Assembly (NCBI GenBank): GCA_003602605.1
Contig: QQRW01000018.1
Location: 286 to 64,285 of the forward strand
Source of the DNA: Candidatus Poseidoniales archaeon
GTDB lineage: Archaea; Thermoplasmatota; Poseidoniia; Poseidoniales; Poseidoniaceae
Reading direction: 5' to 3'
Length of the DNA: 64,000 nt
This document shows positions 30,408 to 38,422 of this stretch, one piece after another (the first letter of the stretch is position 1; each line of letters begins with the position of its first letter). The notes below the pieces were generated by a model. It made no database searches and was not told the origin of the DNA. It saw nothing but the letters and a program-made list of their open reading frames with translations. Made by a program: the position numbers and the translations under genes.

Positions 30408-31109
30408 TTGGGTCGACGTTATGAAGAAAAAGTGGATGTAGAAGAGCTTGCTCGACTCGAAAATCCAGAAGACGCGTCAGGCGGTAAAATCCGTGTCAAG
30501 ATGCCGAACCGTAAAATCAACGAAATGTTTGCATTTGCTGAACAGATCCTAGGTGGTCGACGTGTTACTGTTCTCTGTGAAGACGGTGAAACCCGTATGG
30601 CTCGAATCCCCGGTAAGATGCGCCGCCGTCAGTGGGTCCGTGATGGGGACCTCATCATTGTCTGGCCTTGGGATTTCCAAGACTCCAAAGCAGATGTAAA
30701 GCACCGTTACACCAAAACTCAAGCAATGTACCTTTCACGCAAAGGCGTTCTCCCGAAGGAGTTGGATTTCTTTGGTATGAATACATCAAACGATGATGAC
30801 GATGATGAATTCTCTGACACCTTCGGTACGATGGATGAGCCTGAAGAACAAGAAACCGATGATTTGTTTGGTTCTGATGACGACGATGATGACGATGATT
30901 TGTTTGGTTCTGATGATGACGATGACGATGATTTGTTCGGCTCAGACGACGATGACGATGATGACGATGATTTGTTTGGTTCCGATGATACAGAGGAAGA
31001 AGCACCGGCTGAAGAAGTTCCACACATCCCTGTTGAAGAATATCCCGCAGAAGACGATGACGACGATGACGATGACGATGACGAGGACCTCGAAGCCTTG
31101 TTTGGTTGA
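30408..31109 (+). CDS. eif1a: translation initiation factor aIF-1A with extended poly-Asp repeat C-terminal tail
   Basis: N-terminal about 110 aa match the eIF-1A OB-fold ('KIRVKMPNRKINEMFAFAEQILGGRRVTVLCEDGETRMARIPGKMRRRQWVRDGDLIIV'). This is followed by four or more 'DDLFGSDDDDDDD' repeats and a terminal 'DLEALFG'. Confidence 0.8.
   Translation: MGRRYEEKVDVEELARLENPEDASGGKIRVKMPNRKINEMFAFAEQILGGRRVTVLCEDGETRMARIPGKMRRRQWVRDGDLIIVWPWDFQDSKADVKHRYTKTQAMYLSRKGVLPKELDFFGMNTSNDDDDDEFSDTFGTMDEPEEQETDDLFGSDDDDDDDDLFGSDDDDDDDLFGSDDDDDDDDDLFGSDDTEEEAPAEEVPHIPVEEYPAEDDDDDDDDDDEDLEALFG
30857..30990 (+). repeat. in-frame tandem repeat (about 39-bp unit, about 3.5 copies) encoding DDLFGSDDDDDDD
   Basis: 'gatgatttgtttggttctgatgatgacgatgacgatgat' recurs with minor variation at 30860, 30899, 30935 and 30968. 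Confidence 0.8.
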
Positions 31110-31135
31110 AGTGATGCAAGACCCTGGGTGGGCGA

Positions 31136-32143
31136 ATGGCGAAAGGAAACGACTGGGAAGACGAGTTGGGCTCCAACAAACGCCAGCGTAAACGCCGTCG
31201 CCAGAATAAACAAGCTCGAAAAAAGAACTCTTCAGAGCAGAGCATGGATGAAGACTATGCAAAGAGCGAACAAGACCACTTTCTCAGCAACCTTGAGGCA
31301 AAATCCGGTGCTTTCAACTGGATGAAGGAAGACCGTTACAAGCGAATGTTTCGCGACATAGAATCCAAGATTCAAGGTGCGTTAGGAACTGGGACATACG
31401 ATTGGGTTGACCGACGAGTATTCGACCAGGTTTTTGACAGAATGACCCTCATGTCTCTGTACAAATTGATGAAAGCCGGTACGATTGACACCCTCGATTT
31501 CCCAATCGCTCGAGGTAAGGAAGCTCACGTCTTCCACGCAACAGACATTGACGGCAAAGTCGTAGCTGTGAAGATTTTCCATACCTCCAATGCCGTTTTC
31601 AAGAATCTGATTCAGTACATCGAAGGTGATCGCAGATTTGGCGGCCTACGACGCCGACACCGCGATCTTGTTGACATCTGGGTTCGAAAGGAGCACCGTA
31701 ATTTGTCACGTCTTTCACGTTGGGGATTGAATGTACCTCGCCCGCTTGGCATACACAAGAATGTCCTCGTGATGGAGTATGTAGGAAACAATGTATCAGC
31801 ATCGCCTAAACTCCGTGAGGTGAAAGTTGATGACTCCGAAAGTGTCTTCAAAGATTTGTTGGAATTTTTGGCAATTTGTTGGCAAAAAGCAAACTTAGTC
31901 CATGGAGATTTTTCGCCGTACAATATTCTCTGGCACGACGGAAGAGCCATGGTTATCGATGTCGGCCAAGCGGTCATCCAAACCCACCCTAAAGCACAGG
32001 AGTTCCTCGTTCGCGATGTCACTCGTTTGGTCGAGTGGGGTAAGAAAAACGGAGTAAAAATGGAACTCGCTGAAGCAATGTTTGAGGTGCTCAACATGAA
32101 CCTCGACCACATTCAGCAGCAGATGTTTTCTGAAGAGGAATAA
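31136..32143 (+). CDS. rio1: RIO-type serine/threonine protein kinase (Rio1)
   Basis: Basic N-terminal region, 'AHVFHA', 'LVHGDFSPYNILW', 'VIDVGQAV' kinase motifs; lies next to aIF-1A in a conserved archaeal neighbourhood. Confidence 0.85.
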   Translation: MAKGNDWEDELGSNKRQRKRRRQNKQARKKNSSEQSMDEDYAKSEQDHFLSNLEAKSGAFNWMKEDRYKRMFRDIESKIQGALGTGTYDWVDRRVFDQVFDRMTLMSLYKLMKAGTIDTLDFPIARGKEAHVFHATDIDGKVVAVKIFHTSNAVFKNLIQYIEGDRRFGGLRRRHRDLVDIWVRKEHRNLSRLSRWGLNVPRPLGIHKNVLVMEYVGNNVSASPKLREVKVDDSESVFKDLLEFLAICWQKANLVHGDFSPYNILWHDGRAMVIDVGQAVIQTHPKAQEFLVRDVTRLVEWGKKNGVKMELAEAMFEVLNMNLDHIQQQMFSEEE

Positions 32144-32953
32144 TCACTCTTCGCCCCAACTGACTTCTTCATCTTCTGCAAGTTCCATCATTTCGATGAC
32201 AGCTTCTTCGTCTTCCGGGTCAACTTGGGCTGCACGCATGCGTCGATTCCGTCGTTCAGAGAGGTCAGATAAGCCAGGTACGAGTCCTTCAAATCCAGTG
32301 GAAGGGGCAGTTGTGTCCTCGCGTATTTCGATGCTGTCAAGTTGACGATTTACGATTCGAGACCGTCTTCGATCCCGTTCGAGGAAGTTGAGTACGGTCC
32401 CATGTTCTGCCCCACCGGCAATCATTTCGATAGCTTGACGGGCAGCGGAAAGGCCTTCTTCTTCACCGACCAATACAACCGTAGAATTGTAAATGGTGAT
32501 TTGAGTGTCGGTTAATCCCTCGATGAGTTTGCGGATTTTCCCTTGGCTTCCAATAATACGCCCGCGGATTCTGCGTTGTTGATTCGATCTTTTACCAACG
32601 AATTTTCGGATATCAACAAGTTCGAAAAAGTGGTTGTCTTCAAGCAACTGAATTGCCGCTTTCGGAGCCATACCTCTGCCGATAGCTTTGATGACGTTTG
32701 GAAATTTCATTGCTTTGACAGGATCATAAGTGCCAGGCTCTCCCCAAACAACTTCGACATCACCGGTTTCGGAGTCGATGTTGAATTCCTCGCATCCTGA
32801 TGCGGTTCGGAGGGACTTCGCAGTCGCTCCTTTTGAACCAATAAGCACCGCGATGCGGTTCATTGGTACACGAGGCAGTGGCTGGCGCATGGCTAATCCT
32901 ACAGCCGACCTCTTTTCAATCTCTTGTTCGGCGTTGGAATACACTGATGGCAA
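32144..32953 (-). CDS. KH-domain RNA-binding protein (archaeal Dim2/Pno1-like)
   Basis: Two KH-like GxxG segments ('IGSKGATAK', 'IIGSQGKIRK'); completes the aIF1A-Rio1-KH archaeal gene neighbourhood; acidic C-terminus. Confidence 0.65.
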   Translation of the reverse strand: MPSVYSNAEQEIEKRSAVGLAMRQPLPRVPMNRIAVLIGSKGATAKSLRTASGCEEFNIDSETGDVEVVWGEPGTYDPVKAMKFPNVIKAIGRGMAPKAAIQLLEDNHFFELVDIRKFVGKRSNQQRRIRGRIIGSQGKIRKLIEGLTDTQITIYNSTVVLVGEEEGLSAARQAIEMIAGGAEHGTVLNFLERDRRRSRIVNRQLDSIEIREDTTAPSTGFEGLVPGLSDLSERRNRRMRAAQVDPEDEEAVIEMMELAEDEEVSWGEE

Positions 32954-34721
32954 AACCAGCCAAGAGAAGAAGCATTACTGACGGAGCAAAAGACGGCACT
33001 AATCCTGGTGAACCGATCGAAGCGCCAGTAACGACCATGTGGTTGTAATTGTTACCTTCGTCGTACTCATCGATGACGTTCACGTAGTCGATGACCAGGC
33101 GTAGGTCGAACTGTCCGGTTTTCGGAACTGTGTAGTTCCAAATAAGCAACTCTTCACGGTCGGCGAGCGAGTTCGTTTCCAAAGTTCGTGATTCCATTAC
33201 AGTCCATGATACGGATGAGGTTCGGTCAGCCGGTGCTGATTCAAGCCGTACAACGACGCTTCCACCATAATCTTGGTTGCTTTCCAGCAGGCTCGTGATT
33301 GTAACATTACCATCAGTTTCTCCCGGTCGAACAATCTGTCGGTCAAGATTGGTTTCTGTTGCGTTCCAGTACAGATCAAGGCCTGGAAGGATTTGGTAAG
33401 CGCTTGGATTGGATGTGTATTCATTTCCAGCATTGTCAACAACGATTGCCCGGAACATCAAGTATTGACGCGATTTTGTGGCCCAGCTGGCGAGTCCAAT
33501 TGAGCCGGTAAGCCCCGGTGAGCTCATTTGCAACCAGTTACCGGAGAGGTCAGGAGTTTGTCCAACACCGTTTGAGTCGAAACCGAATTGGATGTATGAG
33601 TTGGATGAATCAATTCCCGAGCCGTCGTCTACGGCATTGAATTGAACATTCGCCGGACCGATGCGACTTGTGGTTAACTCATCGACGGCCCATCCAATCG
33701 ACACTGGAAGTGTGTCATCGATTCGGATTTCGACCAAGGTAGTGGCACCAATGTTACCGACTCTGTCAATAGCGCGAACTGAGACGGTGTGGTTGCCTTC
33801 TGCAAGGCTAAGTTGGACGGAATCAGAAGTCGTTGTGTTCCATACCACGCCGTCCAATGAATATTCAGCGGATGCAACACCGCTGCCTTGACCATCATCG
33901 GCGTTGTTGATGAGACCACTCAAGGTGACATCGGTTGATTTTTGCCAGTTTGAGCCGTCTCCGACTGTAACTGATGAAAGCGTAGGTCCCGTTCTGTCGA
34001 TACCGACAAACATTGTCTTGGTTGCAGATAGACTCGAACTGTCGTAAACAGTGAGACGTGAGTTCCACGTTCCTTCCGCCATGGCGCCACTGCTCCAATC
34101 CCATCCATAGGCAAGGTTTCCAGGTCCGTCGTTTGCTGGTGCTCCTGGACCAGGTACATTGGTAATTGTCGCATAGCTGAGGTCGTCATCGCTTGCGCCC
34201 CAACGGTAGGCCAATGTTCCGTCCGTTGGGATACTAAACCATGCTCTGTCCGAAGCCGATGTGCCGGTTCCAGCAGCTGCATTGAGTGCTGTGAAAATTG
34301 TGATTACTGGGACTTGATTGACGATGTTGAAGGTGCCTGATGTTGCAACAACAGATTCGTTGACATCATCATCCCATGCTGTCGCTCGAAGGCTGTAAGA
34401 GCCGTTGGTATAACTTGTTGAGTCAAAGTAGGTTAACCATGGCGTAGTCGTGAGGTTGGTAACCGTTGTCCAACTGCTTCCATCACTGGAAATTTCTATG
34501 AGGATGGATGACACATTTGCCTCACCGCTCATCGAAAACGACAGGCTGAGCAGCCCAGTTACATCCTGATTTTGAGTCGGACCGTTTGAGAAACCCAGTG
34601 TTAAATCTGAGTTTGTGAAAAGGTTGGTTTTCGAATCGTCGAGTTCGAGATGAACTGTAGGAGTTGTACTCATGAATAGGAGAAGTACGACGAGAACCAC
34701 ACTCGGCCAACTCCTTCCCAT
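32916..34721 (-). CDS. secreted Ig-like/CARDB-like surface protein with C-terminal TM anchor
   Basis: Signal peptide (MGRSWPSVVLVVLLLFMSTTPTV). Beta-rich Thr/Ser/Asn/Gly composition. C-terminal 'LVPSFAPSVMLLLLAGFAISVFQRRTRD' (PGF-CTERM-like variant). Confidence 0.6.
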   Translation of the reverse strand: MGRSWPSVVLVVLLLFMSTTPTVHLELDDSKTNLFTNSDLTLGFSNGPTQNQDVTGLLSLSFSMSGEANVSSILIEISSDGSSWTTVTNLTTTPWLTYFDSTSYTNGSYSLRATAWDDDVNESVVATSGTFNIVNQVPVITIFTALNAAAGTGTSASDRAWFSIPTDGTLAYRWGASDDDLSYATITNVPGPGAPANDGPGNLAYGWDWSSGAMAEGTWNSRLTVYDSSSLSATKTMFVGIDRTGPTLSSVTVGDGSNWQKSTDVTLSGLINNADDGQGSGVASAEYSLDGVVWNTTTSDSVQLSLAEGNHTVSVRAIDRVGNIGATTLVEIRIDDTLPVSIGWAVDELTTSRIGPANVQFNAVDDGSGIDSSNSYIQFGFDSNGVGQTPDLSGNWLQMSSPGLTGSIGLASWATKSRQYLMFRAIVVDNAGNEYTSNPSAYQILPGLDLYWNATETNLDRQIVRPGETDGNVTITSLLESNQDYGGSVVVRLESAPADRTSSVSWTVMESRTLETNSLADREELLIWNYTVPKTGQFDLRLVIDYVNVIDEYDEGNNYNHMVVTGASIGSPGLVPSFAPSVMLLLLAGFAISVFQRRTRD

Positions 34722-34914
34722 GATGCTGTGACGGGTGCGGTTATCCTTGAATGCTCCCCTTGATATGGGTCGTTTCTCGTCAAATGAGTTCTGTCTTTTT
34801 CACATCAGTCATGTATTACCTCTCACGGAGCAGACGAATCTTTGCCTTGAAGTGGTTTTTTTTCATGGCTCGCAGAGATGGGTTCAAGTGCTCCGCAGGT
34901 TGTCGAATACCTAC

Positions 34915-37716
34915 ATGGCAAGCGCGTGGAAGCCGATATTGGCAATTCTTCTCCTCTGTATAGCATCGGTTCCGATGCCTGTATCAGCGGAGCAAAGCGG
35001 TTCGATTCAGGCAAGTCCGAGTACGGTTGCCCTACTTCCAGCCAATCCTGTTGCAGGTGGTTCGGTCACGATTAACCTGCAATTGTACAACAGCGGCAAC
35101 TATGCGACAGATGTCGAATACTCATTTTATCGTGATTCGAGAGGTCCTGACCAACTTCTCAAAGAAGCCACGATTGATATCGATACAGAAACCTCTGCGC
35201 AGGTTTCAGCAGTGTGGAACGGACTCACTGAAGGTGATCACGAGGTTCATATCACTTTCGAACATCCTCGAAACTCTGGTAACGAAGCGCATTTCTGGGT
35301 TGACTTTACCGTTACCGGGCTTCCGAACCTCAAGGTAACGCAAACTGAACTTACACCAGCGACTGGAATTTTCTCAGGAGACACTGTTATGCTTTCTTCA
35401 CTTGTCCGAAATGTAGGCAGTGAACCTGCAGTCTCAAGTATCCTTCACATCGACTTACCCGGTTCGAGCGACTTGGATCTCACAACTCCGCCTCTTGACG
35501 CAGGGGCAACAGAATGGGTCAACACAACTTTTACCGCTCCTGAAAGTGGCTCACACATACTCTATGTTACGCCGGATTACCAAGATGCAGTTCAGGAGTC
35601 ATCAGAATTCAACAAAGTGATAGAAGTTCCACTCGTTGTTGATACTCGGATGGATGTTTTCCACATTGGAGAACTAACAGTAGACATTGCCGAAGGGGCT
35701 CTTCAAGGCCCGTGGGTGGTTTCAGGAAAACTCGGCCGAACCAATGGTACCGGTTTATCGGATGTACCAATGTGGCTCCAAATTTCAAGTCTAACCGGTC
35801 AATTGGTTACAACTGCGCCATTTAGCGTGCCGTTGAGTGGAACAGGATATGCTGAATCGACGTGGAGCCATACCCTTACCGCTGCTGAACTCGATGGACT
35901 ACCTGCCGGTATGCATACCATCACTGCTAAGATTGACCCGTTCTCGAATGCTGCTTTTACACAAGAGTCAACAGATAACGACGAGGTTTCAAGCACCCTC
36001 TCTAAGTTTGAGGTGCCTGATGTATTCGTTGATGCGAACGCTATCGCCTCATCCCCATCGGTAAACTCCGGAGATTCGGTTGAATGGCGTGTAAGTATGA
36101 TCAATACTGGCGATATTCGTGTTTCTGGTCGATTACACTACACATGGGAAGGGACAACTGAAACCTCTCCGATTATCTATCTCGATTCCGGTCAAGATTA
36201 CACCTGGGTCGTTGAACTCACCACCGCTATTGGTGCACACCAGGCTGACTTCGAGGCTCAGTGGGTCGCTTCTTCAAACAGTTGGGACTCAAACCCCTTG
36301 AACAGCGTTGCAACCGGTACGGTCTCCGTAGAAGCAAATTTACGTCTTAGCTGGGCTCTCTCAACCCTCGAAGTGACCGATTCAGAAGGTTCGGCATTCA
36401 CACTCCCAATGACTCAAGGAAACGATTATTCCCTTACCATCGATTTGACCAGTACTGCTACTGGTTCACTAACTTATGATTGTGTAGATGGCAACGATGA
36501 ACTCATTAGCACAGTTACTGCTGAAGTTGTGAACCTCGGAGACAAGGTCACGCTTACATGTGATTTTACCGCAGTAGCCCCGTCTACTGTCGTGCGATTG
36601 GTGCCCTCGGATTCAACGATTTCAAACACCTTTACGCGGACATTCTCTACCGTACTAAGCGGAGATGAAATTGATGATATGAATTCCAATTCTGAACTTG
36701 GGACGTTCACGCTGATTGGGTTCGTTGCCGTTATTCTCATAGCTATCCTGGCAATTTCAGTGTTTTTGACCCGTGAATCAGAGGAAGAAGTTGAACGTGA
36801 CATTTTCGAGTACTGCCCAGCATGCGATGGTGAACTCGAAGGTGATGAAGACCGATGCCCTCATTGTTCATTCAATCTCAAGAAGGCGAGAAAGCAATTC
36901 CATGATTGCAATGAATGTGGCGAATCGATTCCAGATTTACTCGACAATTGTGTCTATTGCGGTGCTGAACAAGACGTCTCCTCCTTCTTTGAGAAGCGAG
37001 AACGTAAGGAACGCACGGTCAAAGAAACGGTTGCTTTGCCTGATGAAATTGACGAAGACGCTATCGTTACAGGAACCGAGAACTTTGCTCAAGCTGTGAA
37101 AGAGTTTGGATTTGATGAAGATGAACTTGAGTTTGAATGGGATGAGAACATCGCAACTGCTGAAGCGGAAGTCGAAGCCGCTTATGATCGTCGAAACGCT
37201 GACGAAATTCTGCGTGAGGACATGACTGAAGAAGAATTGGAAGCGTACGAAAACACAGTTACAACCACGCTCAAGAGCATGAAGGATCTCAGTGAGAGTT
37301 CAAACGACATCGACGCTATTTTGGCTTCGAAGGGCGAGATTATTGCACACAAGGACGATGGAAAGGATCTTTCAGCAAGCGATGCAGACATTCGTGGTCG
37401 ACTGTATGAGATTACTGGGGAAGACGGAATCATGCCGGGCGACAAAGTGAACGTCGGCATGCAACTGTCAGATTCAGCATTTGCAGGAAACGAAGTAACG
37501 GAAACCACCTCTGATTTCACTGTAATTGACGACGAAAAACCGCTTTCAAAGATCGAAGATTTGGCTCCTAAGGCTGAGAAACCTGCCCGCAGGAGAGGTG
37601 CTCGTCGCAAAGCTGCTGAAGAAGTAAAGCCCGATGTTGCAGAGTGTGGTGCGTGCGGTGCTGATTTGCCGGTTGAAGCTACTGAATGTGGAACCTGTGG
37701 CGCTAAGTTTGAGTGA
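34915..37716 (+). CDS. CARDB-repeat surface protein with TM and cytoplasmic domain bearing three zinc ribbons
   Basis: Signal peptide (MASAWKPILAILLLCIASVPMPVSA). Repeated 'NxGxxxA' CARDB-like modules. TM (FTLIGFVAVILIAILAISVFL). Cytoplasmic 'CPACDGELEGDEDRCPHC', 'CNECGESIPDLLDNCVYC', an acidic helical region, and terminal 'CGACGADLPVEATECGTCGAKFE'. T9 tract 55 bp upstream. Confidence 0.7.
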   Translation: MASAWKPILAILLLCIASVPMPVSAEQSGSIQASPSTVALLPANPVAGGSVTINLQLYNSGNYATDVEYSFYRDSRGPDQLLKEATIDIDTETSAQVSAVWNGLTEGDHEVHITFEHPRNSGNEAHFWVDFTVTGLPNLKVTQTELTPATGIFSGDTVMLSSLVRNVGSEPAVSSILHIDLPGSSDLDLTTPPLDAGATEWVNTTFTAPESGSHILYVTPDYQDAVQESSEFNKVIEVPLVVDTRMDVFHIGELTVDIAEGALQGPWVVSGKLGRTNGTGLSDVPMWLQISSLTGQLVTTAPFSVPLSGTGYAESTWSHTLTAAELDGLPAGMHTITAKIDPFSNAAFTQESTDNDEVSSTLSKFEVPDVFVDANAIASSPSVNSGDSVEWRVSMINTGDIRVSGRLHYTWEGTTETSPIIYLDSGQDYTWVVELTTAIGAHQADFEAQWVASSNSWDSNPLNSVATGTVSVEANLRLSWALSTLEVTDSEGSAFTLPMTQGNDYSLTIDLTSTATGSLTYDCVDGNDELISTVTAEVVNLGDKVTLTCDFTAVAPSTVVRLVPSDSTISNTFTRTFSTVLSGDEIDDMNSNSELGTFTLIGFVAVILIAILAISVFLTRESEEEVERDIFEYCPACDGELEGDEDRCPHCSFNLKKARKQFHDCNECGESIPDLLDNCVYCGAEQDVSSFFEKRERKERTVKETVALPDEIDEDAIVTGTENFAQAVKEFGFDEDELEFEWDENIATAEAEVEAAYDRRNADEILREDMTEEELEAYENTVTTTLKSMKDLSESSNDIDAILASKGEIIAHKDDGKDLSASDADIRGRLYEITGEDGIMPGDKVNVGMQLSDSAFAGNEVTETTSDFTVIDDEKPLSKIEDLAPKAEKPARRRGARRKAAEEVKPDVAECGACGADLPVEATECGTCGAKFE

Positions 37717-37863
37717 TGTCCGTCGGCTTTCATAGGGTTCGTCATCGCAGGTGCTCGGCAACCACAAGCGTCATTCGGACAGATCGTGCTGCATCCATTA
37801 GGCTTCAAACCCTCGTATCATTCCGACATTGAATTGATATGTGGGGCGCTCTTGGCATCTACG

Positions 37864-38421
37864 ATGAAGAGCAGTTGGAGTGTACCATTTTTACTGGTCA
37901 TGACACTCTTTCTCAGTTCATTCTCTGGATGTTTAGGGCTTCTCCAATCGAGAGAGTGGTTGGAAGACCGGAGAGATCCCCCGGTTTTGGAAACAAAAAC
38001 AGACAGTTACAAAGAAATCAAAGTATTCAACAATCTGTTTGAATGGGAGGCATATACCAACACGACCTTCATTCCAATCGATGACTCGGTCAGCGAAATT
38101 TCAATTTACAGGAAAGTGCAGATAACCGGAACAGAAGACATCGGATGTTTCGAGAGTTTTACCCGCTATGTGCGTGCTGAGTTGTATACTCCTTCGAATA
38201 ATCTGGTTTGGTCCATTGATGTGTGTCAAGACCTCGGAGCATCGACAGAACCGCTTACTATGGAAGAAGGATCGACTACCTTTGAGAGTGGAAATTGGCG
38301 ATTGGAGATTGATGCACGCGGTGGTGGATTGCAAAATACTGCCTTGCAAGACAATTTCCAAGTCGACGTCAACATCGAGAGAACCTGTTTGACGTATCCA
38401 CTGGAAGATGTTTGTGAATGA
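37864..38421 (+). CDS. small secreted lipoprotein-like protein
   Basis: Signal peptide ending in lipobox-like 'LSSFSGC'; about 185 aa mature; no other motif. Confidence 0.4.
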   Translation: MKSSWSVPFLLVMTLFLSSFSGCLGLLQSREWLEDRRDPPVLETKTDSYKEIKVFNNLFEWEAYTNTTFIPIDDSVSEISIYRKVQITGTEDIGCFESFTRYVRAELYTPSNNLVWSIDVCQDLGASTEPLTMEEGSTTFESGNWRLEIDARGGGLQNTALQDNFQVDVNIERTCLTYPLEDVCE

Positions 38422-38422
38422 T

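Noticed and set aside
30655-31262. Long antisense and alternative-frame ORFs (196, 164, 132 and 106 aa) rich in Ser/His/Arg over the aIF1A tail
   Set aside because: They are mirror-frame artefacts of the GAT/GAC-rich poly-Asp coding repeat. The sense-frame eIF1A reading is strongly supported.
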